Source of the DNA: Candidatus Latescibacterota bacterium
Lineage (GTDB): Bacteria > Latescibacterota > UBA2968 > UBA8231
NCBI GenBank assembly: GCA_965203175.1
Contig: OZ241867.1
Location: 4,000,001-4,064,000, forward strand
Direction of reading: 5' to 3'
Length of the DNA: 64,000 nucleotides
A program made the translations under genes and the position numbers. The notes under the pieces are model-generated. The model worked only from the letters and a program-made list of their open reading frames with translations. It searched no databases and was not told where the DNA came from. Shown piece by piece: positions 54,705 to 62,055 of this stretch; within the stretch, counting starts at the first letter, position 1, and each line of letters starts with the position of its first letter.

Positions 54705-56212
54705 CGCTTGCTCCATTGCACGGTGAAGACGGCGATGCCCAGCACGATGCTCACCAGTAGGATCACCAACCCCGTTATGCCCCAAAACGAGCCGTCGCTC
54801 TTGATGTTTATGTTGACGGTGCGCTCGACCGACTCGACCCACTGCCCCTTGTGCTGGGTGCTGGCGTTGGTCTTGACTTCGTAGCGTCCTATTTCGGCGC
54901 TGTTAAGGGGGCGCACGGTCAGCACGGCTTCTATTTCCTCGCGTGGCGGGAGCAGGGCGATTTCCTGCGGCTCAAAGGAGACATTCCAGCCGGGCGGCGA
55001 CAGGGCTTGCAGGCGGATGTCGAGCAATTCAACCGTGCCGAGGTTGCGTAGCTGCCAAACGGACTTCGACTCACCTTCGCCATCCACCGAAAGGTCGAGG
55101 TTGAGGGTGGTGAGCTCCAATTCGGCCCGGCCCGTGGGCACTAATTGCAGTTGCTCGTAGCCGATGCCCATGGCTTGCAAGCGCTCTGGGTCGGCTGCGG
55201 CCAACACCTCGGCATCTACAGCATTTGGCTCGTAGGCCAGCACCGAGAAAATCAGTGGCTGATCCACCGTGAAACTCTCGTCTTGTTCGGGGACGTACAC
55301 GTTGAGGGTGAGCGAGTCGCTGGAGTGGTCGCGAGAAAAGCGCAGCCGCGACAGGTTGCGGCCTTCGCTCTCGAATTCCCAGCGGAAGTCATCCGGCAGG
55401 CCGTGCGCCATGAGCTGGAAAATCTTTTCGTCTTCGGCCAGCCGCTCTAGCTGTAACTCGTACGCCACCGAATTGCCCAAAGGGCCTTCTTGGGAAAACT
55501 GCGTGGCGTACACGCGCACTACGTCGCGAGCCGAAGCCTTTTCTAAGTGGATGACGTGGTCGTCCGTGCGGTTGAGGTATTGGAGTTGCACGGTGAGGTC
55601 TTCGACTTCGGGACGCTGCAAGCCGACCTCGACTTCGACTTCCTCGCCGAGAGCCAGCACGGGGATGTGGACTTGGTAGGGCTGGCCGACCATGACGTTG
55701 TCGGCGAGGATGGTGACGAAGATGTTGTTCACCTGCAACAGCGACGCGGCGTCTTGGTCAAGGCCGTTGATGTCGTAGAGGTGGCGAGCGCGATCGACCA
55801 TTTGCGCCAAATGAAGATCCGAGTCGTTGCGCAAGGTGAGACGGACGCGCACCTTGTCACCTTCGACGCCGTACTTTTGACCGTTGACGACCGTCAGGTG
55901 GGTGGCGTCGGCCAGTGAGTTGAGGAAGGCGCGCTGTAGGTTTAAGTCGGCCCGTTGCTGCTCTTCGCGGGCGCGCTCGAACCGCTCGCGGGCAATGCGC
56001 AGCTCTTGGCCGGTGACCACGCCGCGCTCCTTGAGGCCGATCATCTGTTCGTGCTCGATTTCGACTTCGGCTTCGCGCGCTTTGGCCTGCTCTAGGATTA
56101 AGTGGGCCTCTTGGAGGTCGAGCAGGATGCGCTGTTGTTCTTTGGTCAAGTTTTCAGCGTGGGCCGTAAGGACACACAACAGCAGTCCGAGGGCATAGTA
56201 GATGGAGGACAT
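54701..56212 (-). CDS. Periplasmic protein: N-terminal alpha-hairpin, Ig-like/NEW3 domains, C-terminal TM anchor
   Basis: Signal peptide; 'LKERGVVTGQELRIARERFERA' hairpin; 'LRNLGTVELLDIRL...PPGWNVSFEP' NEW3-like; C-terminal TM followed by 'SKR'. Confidence 0.65.
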   Translation of the reverse strand: MSSIYYALGLLLCVLTAHAENLTKEQQRILLDLQEAHLILEQAKAREAEVEIEHEQMIGLKERGVVTGQELRIARERFERAREEQQRADLNLQRAFLNSLADATHLTVVNGQKYGVEGDKVRVRLTLRNDSDLHLAQMVDRARHLYDINGLDQDAASLLQVNNIFVTILADNVMVGQPYQVHIPVLALGEEVEVEVGLQRPEVEDLTVQLQYLNRTDDHVIHLEKASARDVVRVYATQFSQEGPLGNSVAYELQLERLAEDEKIFQLMAHGLPDDFRWEFESEGRNLSRLRFSRDHSSDSLTLNVYVPEQDESFTVDQPLIFSVLAYEPNAVDAEVLAAADPERLQAMGIGYEQLQLVPTGRAELELTTLNLDLSVDGEGESKSVWQLRNLGTVELLDIRLQALSPPGWNVSFEPQEIALLPPREEIEAVLTVRPLNSAEIGRYEVKTNASTQHKGQWVESVERTVNINIKSDGSFWGITGLVILLVSIVLGIAVFTVQWSKR

Positions 56213-56224
56213 CTCGTATCCTTT

Positions 56225-57676
56225 CTAGACAATGCTGGCTCGCAGCCACGACCGGTAAGCCAGCATGTAAGTAAGCATGGCGAAAAAGAAAAGCCCGATC
56301 ACATCAATGATGGCATGTCGTAGCAAGGTCGTCGCCGACATGTCTTCGGTGAAAACGGGTAAGGTGTCGGGATTGATTTTCTGCTTCGACAGCCCCTGGG
56401 CGACGAGGTGGATGTGCATGCTTTTGGGATCGTCGCGGTCGAGGTTGAGCATGGTCTGCTCGAATTGCTGGACGTAGGTGCGCACCTGCTCGACAAAGCT
56501 GCGGTGGCGCGCTAGTCCGGTGCCGGCGAGGGCCTCCATGCCGTACTGAAAACAGCCCGTCGGCGACAGGCGTACGATGTAGCGGGCTGTTTCGACCTCG
56601 CCGAGGCTGTGGGCCAAAAAGCGGTCTTCTCGGTCTTGGCGGACCTGGCGCACGGCGCGTTGGGCGTCGGCCAACTGGCGTACTTTCTCGGGGTTTCTCA
56701 AGTCGCGGTTCCGCAAACGGCTCTTAATATGGAAGAGTTTTTGGTAGGCTGGCGTGTTATAGTTTGAGAAGCCGAATCCCAGTGTTATCTCCTCTTCGAA
56801 TTCGCTGACCAACACGCGGGCGGCCAGTGCGCCGCCGGTGGCTGGCCAGAGCAACGCGCCGCCGGTCCACAGCAAGAGCACTCCCACCAGACTAGAGCGC
56901 GTCGTACTGCTCCGTATCGACACCCACAGCCCCAACCCGACAAAGCAGGCGAGGTAGAGTAGCGATAGGCCGACCATGCCAATCAATCGCCCGGCCTCGA
57001 CGAGGCCCAAGTTCACCTGCGACAGCGCGAGGACGATGAGCAAATTGACGACGATGGCGAGGCTCAGCACGATAGAGAGAGCCAGCATCGCGCCGAGGAA
57101 CTTGCCCAAAAGCAGGGTGTGGCGGGGTAGGCTTTGGGCCATGACCAGTTTGAGGGTGCCGCGCTCCTTTTCGCCGATGAAGGCGTCAAAGGTGAACAAC
57201 AAGGCCATGAGGCTGAGCAGGACGCCGATGATAAAGGCCCAGTCGATGGCTTGGGTCTCCAGTAGTTGGCTGGCCTTTGGTGCCCAGATGTCGACGATGT
57301 CCCAATAGACGAGTACAAAGGGACTGTAAACTCTGGTGCGATTGTGGCTGGTTTCTCCGCCAATTGTCCAGAGACGATTGGGTAGGGCGTCATCGGCACC
57401 TGTAGCGCAGAACATGAGGGGGCTGGGTTGCTTATAGATATAGGTCTGCCCTGAATGGAGGATCAGCTTCCACAGGCCCCGCTGGGCGTTGCTGCGTCCG
57501 ATTTCTTGCTCGGCTTGGACCTGTTCGAGATAGTGGTCGCGTCTGAACTCGTACGAGCCGCCGACAAAGCTGAGCGCGTTGAGCACCATTAAACCCACCG
57601 TCAACACGAGGGCTAAGCCAAAACGCAGGCTGATGAGGTGGTCGATCAGTTCGCGTTTTACGATAGCTGCTAGCAT
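56225..57676 (-). CDS. ABC-2 type transporter permease
   Basis: 'IVKREL', 'DAFIGEKERGTLKL', 'LLGKFLG'; two large extracytoplasmic loops. Confidence 0.9.
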   Translation of the reverse strand: MLAAIVKRELIDHLISLRFGLALVLTVGLMVLNALSFVGGSYEFRRDHYLEQVQAEQEIGRSNAQRGLWKLILHSGQTYIYKQPSPLMFCATGADDALPNRLWTIGGETSHNRTRVYSPFVLVYWDIVDIWAPKASQLLETQAIDWAFIIGVLLSLMALLFTFDAFIGEKERGTLKLVMAQSLPRHTLLLGKFLGAMLALSIVLSLAIVVNLLIVLALSQVNLGLVEAGRLIGMVGLSLLYLACFVGLGLWVSIRSSTTRSSLVGVLLLWTGGALLWPATGGALAARVLVSEFEEEITLGFGFSNYNTPAYQKLFHIKSRLRNRDLRNPEKVRQLADAQRAVRQVRQDREDRFLAHSLGEVETARYIVRLSPTGCFQYGMEALAGTGLARHRSFVEQVRTYVQQFEQTMLNLDRDDPKSMHIHLVAQGLSKQKINPDTLPVFTEDMSATTLLRHAIIDVIGLFFFAMLTYMLAYRSWLRASIV

Positions 57677-57708
57677 TAGGATGGCTCCTTCTGTATAAAT
57701 TGGGTCGC

Positions 57709-59280
57709 TTACATGGCGTCGTAGCGCACGAAGAGCCGATTGGCGAGGACAAAGAGCACGGCTACATAGAGCGATAGAGCCGTTAGAGCCGGCAAAGCGT
57801 GGCTCAAGCTATCGGCGACCGTCCAGGCGTGCTCGTGAAATCTCGGCAGGTCGCGCAGGTCAGCGCGCCAGCCTTCGTCGTCGTTGAACCACTCGCGGGA
57901 ACCAAACGCGTCGCGGTCTTCGAGAAAGGTGATGATCTGCCCGCGATAGGCGCGCACTTGGTCGATGAAATCGTAGTATTCGCGTCGGCTGGTGCCAGCG
58001 AAGGCACTGGCGGCTTGGGCATAGGCACCGGCGGGAAAGAGGCGTTGGAGTTGGTCATTCCATCGTTCGATGCGGCGGGGGAAGCCTTCAATAAGGGGGG
58101 CCTGCTCGTTCCAGGCGCGCTGGGCGTACTGCAATCGCAACCGCTCGCCAGTGCGGACGATGTCTTGGAACTTCGCAAGCGAGGGTGAATCGGCGACATT
58201 AGATAAATATATCCTCGGTATCTGTCCGTCTCTTTTAGAGTAGGTTTCGGTTCCGTTACCATAGATTAAGGTTCCGCGTCCCTTAATACGGACATGCTCG
58301 ACCATGTCTGTGGGAAAGTACTTGGTCTGGCCGTGCGCCCGAGCGAGGTCGGTGACCTCCTGATCGAACTCCTTCCATACTTGTGCGGCCTTGTGGTGGG
58401 CTTGGGCATGCTTTTCGCCCATGTTGGCCTGCTCGTTGAGCAAGGCTGAGATGCTATTGGGCAGCACAATCGCCAGCAATGCCCACGCGAACAGCGCGTA
58501 AATCAGGCTGGTTGCCGAGCGGTGGGTCGCGCACGAGATCGCCAGCCCAATTAGGTAAAACACCAGCAGATACAGCAGTGACAGCGCGAACAGCAGCCCC
58601 ACCCGCACCCATTCGCCGACCCCGACTTCGATGTTCTCAGTGCCCAGTAGCAAGATCGTCAGCAAGATAAAGCCCAAGGCGGTTGGAATGGCGAGCGTGG
58701 TCAGGCCAGCGAGGATCTTGCCGACGAGGACTTGGGCACGGCTGACGTTGGTAGTTAGCATCAGCCGTAGGGTGCCGTCTTCCTTCTCGCCGGAGATGGC
58801 CTCGCTGGCGATGAGGACGGCCAGCAAGCCGAGCACGAGTTGGAAGATGTACACCATGTCGAAGAAGGCAAAGATGGCGAGGTAGGGATTGCTCGACTGG
58901 AAGGGCGCGACCTCCTCGGCTTGATAGGGCACGTTGAAGAGCATCACCTTGACCGCCTGCCCGGCCTGTCGTTCGGCACCTTGAGCGAACACTGCTAGGG
59001 GGCGCGGGGCCCGTAGAGCACGTGGAGCCGCCTTTGGCTTGAACCCCCCATTAGGCGACATCAACCAGTCCCAGCCTAGGACCGAATAATAGGTGATTTC
59101 GTGCAGTTTGGTTTCCTCAACGGCCCGCTGTGTGAGATAGTTGGCCTTTTTGTGGACATAGGTCTGGCTGGTGAGTACGCCATTGGCGATGATCAGCACG
59201 ACGGCGAGTACGGTGCAAGCGGCGAAGCGCTGGCTGAGCAGATGGCTGAGCATCTCTTTTTTGAATACAATGCCTATCAT
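57709..59280 (-). CDS. ABC-2 type transporter permease
   Basis: 'VFKKEM', 'EAISGEKEDGTLRL', 'LVGKIL'; two large extracytoplasmic loops. Confidence 0.9.
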   Translation of the reverse strand: MIGIVFKKEMLSHLLSQRFAACTVLAVVLIIANGVLTSQTYVHKKANYLTQRAVEETKLHEITYYSVLGWDWLMSPNGGFKPKAAPRALRAPRPLAVFAQGAERQAGQAVKVMLFNVPYQAEEVAPFQSSNPYLAIFAFFDMVYIFQLVLGLLAVLIASEAISGEKEDGTLRLMLTTNVSRAQVLVGKILAGLTTLAIPTALGFILLTILLLGTENIEVGVGEWVRVGLLFALSLLYLLVFYLIGLAISCATHRSATSLIYALFAWALLAIVLPNSISALLNEQANMGEKHAQAHHKAAQVWKEFDQEVTDLARAHGQTKYFPTDMVEHVRIKGRGTLIYGNGTETYSKRDGQIPRIYLSNVADSPSLAKFQDIVRTGERLRLQYAQRAWNEQAPLIEGFPRRIERWNDQLQRLFPAGAYAQAASAFAGTSRREYYDFIDQVRAYRGQIITFLEDRDAFGSREWFNDDEGWRADLRDLPRFHEHAWTVADSLSHALPALTALSLYVAVLFVLANRLFVRYDAM

Positions 59281-59344
59281 GGCGCGGCTCCTGTTTCAGG
59301 CTGGCAGCGTTATCTCTGAGGAGATTGTCGAGCTTTCGCGTGGG

Positions 59345-60241
59345 CTACAAGAATGAAAACAGAACCGGCGCGTCATTCGGCATGACGGTTTCTGCAAGGC
59401 ACCACATAGCCTTCTCTGGGCTCCATACGAGTCGCACGAAAAACGGGTAGCGCATCGGCCCCTTTTCAAAGTCGGCGGCCTCTTCAGGCTCTGCAAAGAT
59501 GAACATGAATTGGGCCGCCACCCACTTTTCGCCGGCCTGTAGAGCTTCCTCAATCTCGTTTCCCATGGGAAAAGAACCCATATGGCCCATGGGAAGCAGG
59601 CCGTGGGTCTTGATGTAGTCCACGTAGCGCTCATACTCTCCTTGTAATTCGAATACGCTGTATTTGCTGTCGAAAAAGGAGATGTTGCCGAAGAAGTAAT
59701 CGAGTCCCTTCATGTAGAGGAGTTGCCGGTGCTGGGTTTTTAAGATGGCAAGGGGCGTATCGCCCGCATCGGGGACCGGCTCGGGGATGGGGATACTTAC
59801 CCCCACCGCCTTTAGCGCTTTTAATGCGGCTTTATCTTTGAGACTGGGACCGCTTTCCAAGTCCTTTTTCATCCGCTGTATCTTGTCAGGGTTATCGACA
59901 CCTTCGCGCAAGTAGAAAGTAGCGGCGAGGCTGTCATTGCCGGAGACGGAAAAGGCGACGAGAAAGTCGTAGAGCCAGTCGCGCAGGTCGGCTTCTTGCT
60001 CGGGGGTGATGGGGATGCCTGGCTCGACGGGGATGGCCGCGATGGCCTGCTGCAACTCGGCCCCGGCCTCGACCTGGATCATCTCCAAGCTGTTGATGTA
60101 GTCGAGATAGACTTGGTGCCCGTCGTCATCGGGGGAAAAGCCGCCGTACTGACTTTTAGGCTCGGCAACGGCCGTGCTGGAGATGGCGAACCAAGCGGCA
60201 ATCAGGGCGAAATGCAGGGTGCGAATGGCTAAGGGTTGCAT
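59345..60241 (-). CDS. Secreted hypothetical protein, paralog B
   Basis: MQPLAIR start after AAAGGAGG; signal peptide; shares PITPEQEADLRDWLYDFLVAFS and PFF.RLVW.PE.AMW with paralog A. Confidence 0.75.
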   Translation of the reverse strand: MQPLAIRTLHFALIAAWFAISSTAVAEPKSQYGGFSPDDDGHQVYLDYINSLEMIQVEAGAELQQAIAAIPVEPGIPITPEQEADLRDWLYDFLVAFSVSGNDSLAATFYLREGVDNPDKIQRMKKDLESGPSLKDKAALKALKAVGVSIPIPEPVPDAGDTPLAILKTQHRQLLYMKGLDYFFGNISFFDSKYSVFELQGEYERYVDYIKTHGLLPMGHMGSFPMGNEIEEALQAGEKWVAAQFMFIFAEPEEAADFEKGPMRYPFFVRLVWSPEKAMWCLAETVMPNDAPVLFSFL

Positions 60242-60290
60242 GATGCCTCCTTTGTGGAAGGGTGCGGGTTGTCGCTTCGGTAAGAGCCAT

Positions 60291-60307
60291 CGCAACTATC
60301 GTACCAA
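60291..60307 (-). promoter_or_regulatory. Sigma-54 promoter of paralog B and the export operon
   Basis: Minus strand TTGGTACGATAGTTGCG, with -24 GG and -12 GC correctly spaced. Confidence 0.8.
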
Positions 60308-60358
60308 TGAGGGGCCAGCGGTCGCCAAGTGCGCCGATTTCTTTGATTTTATGATCCC

Positions 60359-60371
60359 TAAATAGCTGTTA
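60359..60371 (-). promoter_or_regulatory. IHF-like site
   Basis: Minus strand TAACAG-CTAT-TTA; same offset from the promoter as in copy A. Confidence 0.55.
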
Positions 60372-60452
60372 AACAATGCTTTATAAAAAAGTGAAGCAAA
60401 TTTATCTCCCATCTCTCTGGCCCTTTGTACAGATCACTTAATGCTCTAAAAG

Positions 60453-60511
60453 TGCGACAATATATCGCATAAGTGCGTCGAATCATCGCTTTAGTGCGCC
60501 CAAACATCGCA
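60453..60511. promoter_or_regulatory. Upstream activator sites: three TGCGA-N7-TCGCA-type palindromes, 21-bp period
   Basis: TGCGACAATATATCGCA (60453), TGCGTCGAATCATCGCT (60474), TGCGCCCAAACATCGCA (60495). Confidence 0.7.
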
Positions 60512-60643
60512 TGGAGATGTCGGTCGATTGCGACGTAGGTCCTGCTTGGTGGAACGGTGCCTGTTGAGGCAGCGTCTGACGACGTTAGTTAATGCGGAAG
60601 GAGGGGTGGAGAATCGCAGACTGACGGGCGGGGATGGTCGCCT

Positions 60644-62053
60644 TCAGGGCCGGCGGCTGTATTGGCTCACGTCTATGGCGAACTGCTTGATCTTGCGCTG
60701 TAAGTTGCGCCGCCCCAACTGGATCTGCTGAGCGGCTTGGCTGATATTGCCACCCGTTTTCTCTAGGGCGTCGCGTATAAACTGCTCCTCAAAGCGCTGG
60801 CGTGCCTCGTGGAAGAGCGCGTCGGGCCGATCTGTGGCTTCCTCTTCTTCTGTCGCTGCTGGCTCATTTCGTGGGGGAGTGGTCTCTAAGATAGCCGTCG
60901 GCAGGTCCTCCACCTCGATTTCCCGTCCCCTGGCGAGGGCTATGGCACGCATGATCGCGTTCTCCATTTCGCGCACATTGCCCGGCCAGTCGTAGGCTTC
61001 GAGATACTCTAGGGCTTTCTTGCTGACCCCTTGTATCTGTTTGTCGAAGCGGTCGTTTAGGCGGTCGATAAAAAAGTGGCAGAACAAAGGAATGTCGGCC
61101 TTGCGCTGGCGCAGCGGTGGCACGTCGATGGTGACCGCGTTGAGCCGGTAGAACAAATCCTCGCGGAACTGGCCCTCGGCCACAGCCTGCGTCAAATTGC
61201 GGTTGGTCGCGGAAAGGACGCGCACATCCACCTTGTGGGTGTCGGTCGATCCCACAAGTTCGAATTCCCCTTCCTGCAACACGCGCAAAAGCCGGGTTTG
61301 CAATCCCACGTCGAGGTCGCCGATTTCGTCGAGAAATAAAGTGCCGCCGTCGGCCTCCATAAAACGCCCTTTGCGGTCGCGCACCGCGCCGGTGAAAGCA
61401 CCTTTTACGTGCCCGAATAATTCGCTTTCTAGTACGCCTGGGTTTAGGGCCGCGCAGTTGCAACGCACAAAGGGGCCGGCGGCGCGGTCGCTGGCGCGGT
61501 GGATAGCCGCAGCTACGAGCTCCTTGCCGGTGCCGCTCTCGCCGCAGATTAGCACCGGCAGGGGCGTGGAGGCCACGTCTTGAACCAGCCGGTAGATTTG
61601 CCGCATCTGCTCAGTCTCACCAACCATGCCTAACCCCGCGCCTTGTGCTTGGCGCAGACGCTCGTTTTCGGCCCGAAGCTCTTGCAGCTCGCGGATATTG
61701 CCGATGTGGCTGAGGATTTCTTCGGCGTTAAAAGGCTTGGCCAGATACCCATACGCGCCCAGTTTGACAGTTTCTACCGCGCTTTGGAGATCCGCATACG
61801 CCGTTAAGATGAGCACTTCCTCGGGCCGTTCGCGCACATTGAAGTACCGCAGGAATTCGAGGCCGCTCATCTCGGGCATGTGCAAGTCGAGCAGGATGAT
61901 GTCGAAGGATTCTTCTTGTAGGAGCGCCAGGGCCTCGCGCGCATCCGAGCGGGTTTCCACCACAAAGCCTTCACGCCGCAAGATGCTGCTCGACAGCTTC
62001 AACAGGTCCTGCTCGTCGTCAATCATGAGTATTTTGCCGTCGTGCCGGGCCAT
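60644..62053 (-). CDS. Sigma-54-dependent response regulator (NtrC/AtoC family)
   Basis: 'LMIDD', 'LDLHMP', 'GESGTGKE', 'GAFTGA', 'FLDEIG', 'WPGNVRE', Fis HTH. Confidence 0.96.
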   Translation of the reverse strand: MARHDGKILMIDDEQDLLKLSSSILRREGFVVETRSDAREALALLQEESFDIILLDLHMPEMSGLEFLRYFNVRERPEEVLILTAYADLQSAVETVKLGAYGYLAKPFNAEEILSHIGNIRELQELRAENERLRQAQGAGLGMVGETEQMRQIYRLVQDVASTPLPVLICGESGTGKELVAAAIHRASDRAAGPFVRCNCAALNPGVLESELFGHVKGAFTGAVRDRKGRFMEADGGTLFLDEIGDLDVGLQTRLLRVLQEGEFELVGSTDTHKVDVRVLSATNRNLTQAVAEGQFREDLFYRLNAVTIDVPPLRQRKADIPLFCHFFIDRLNDRFDKQIQGVSKKALEYLEAYDWPGNVREMENAIMRAIALARGREIEVEDLPTAILETTPPRNEPAATEEEEATDRPDALFHEARQRFEEQFIRDALEKTGGNISQAAQQIQLGRRNLQRKIKQFAIDVSQYSRRP

Positions 62054-62055
62054 GT

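Noticed and set aside
60451-60512. Periodic repeats that might be a mini-CRISPR array
   Set aside because: The period is only 21 bp with no spacer-length unique sequence and no cas genes; palindromic enhancer sites explain them better.
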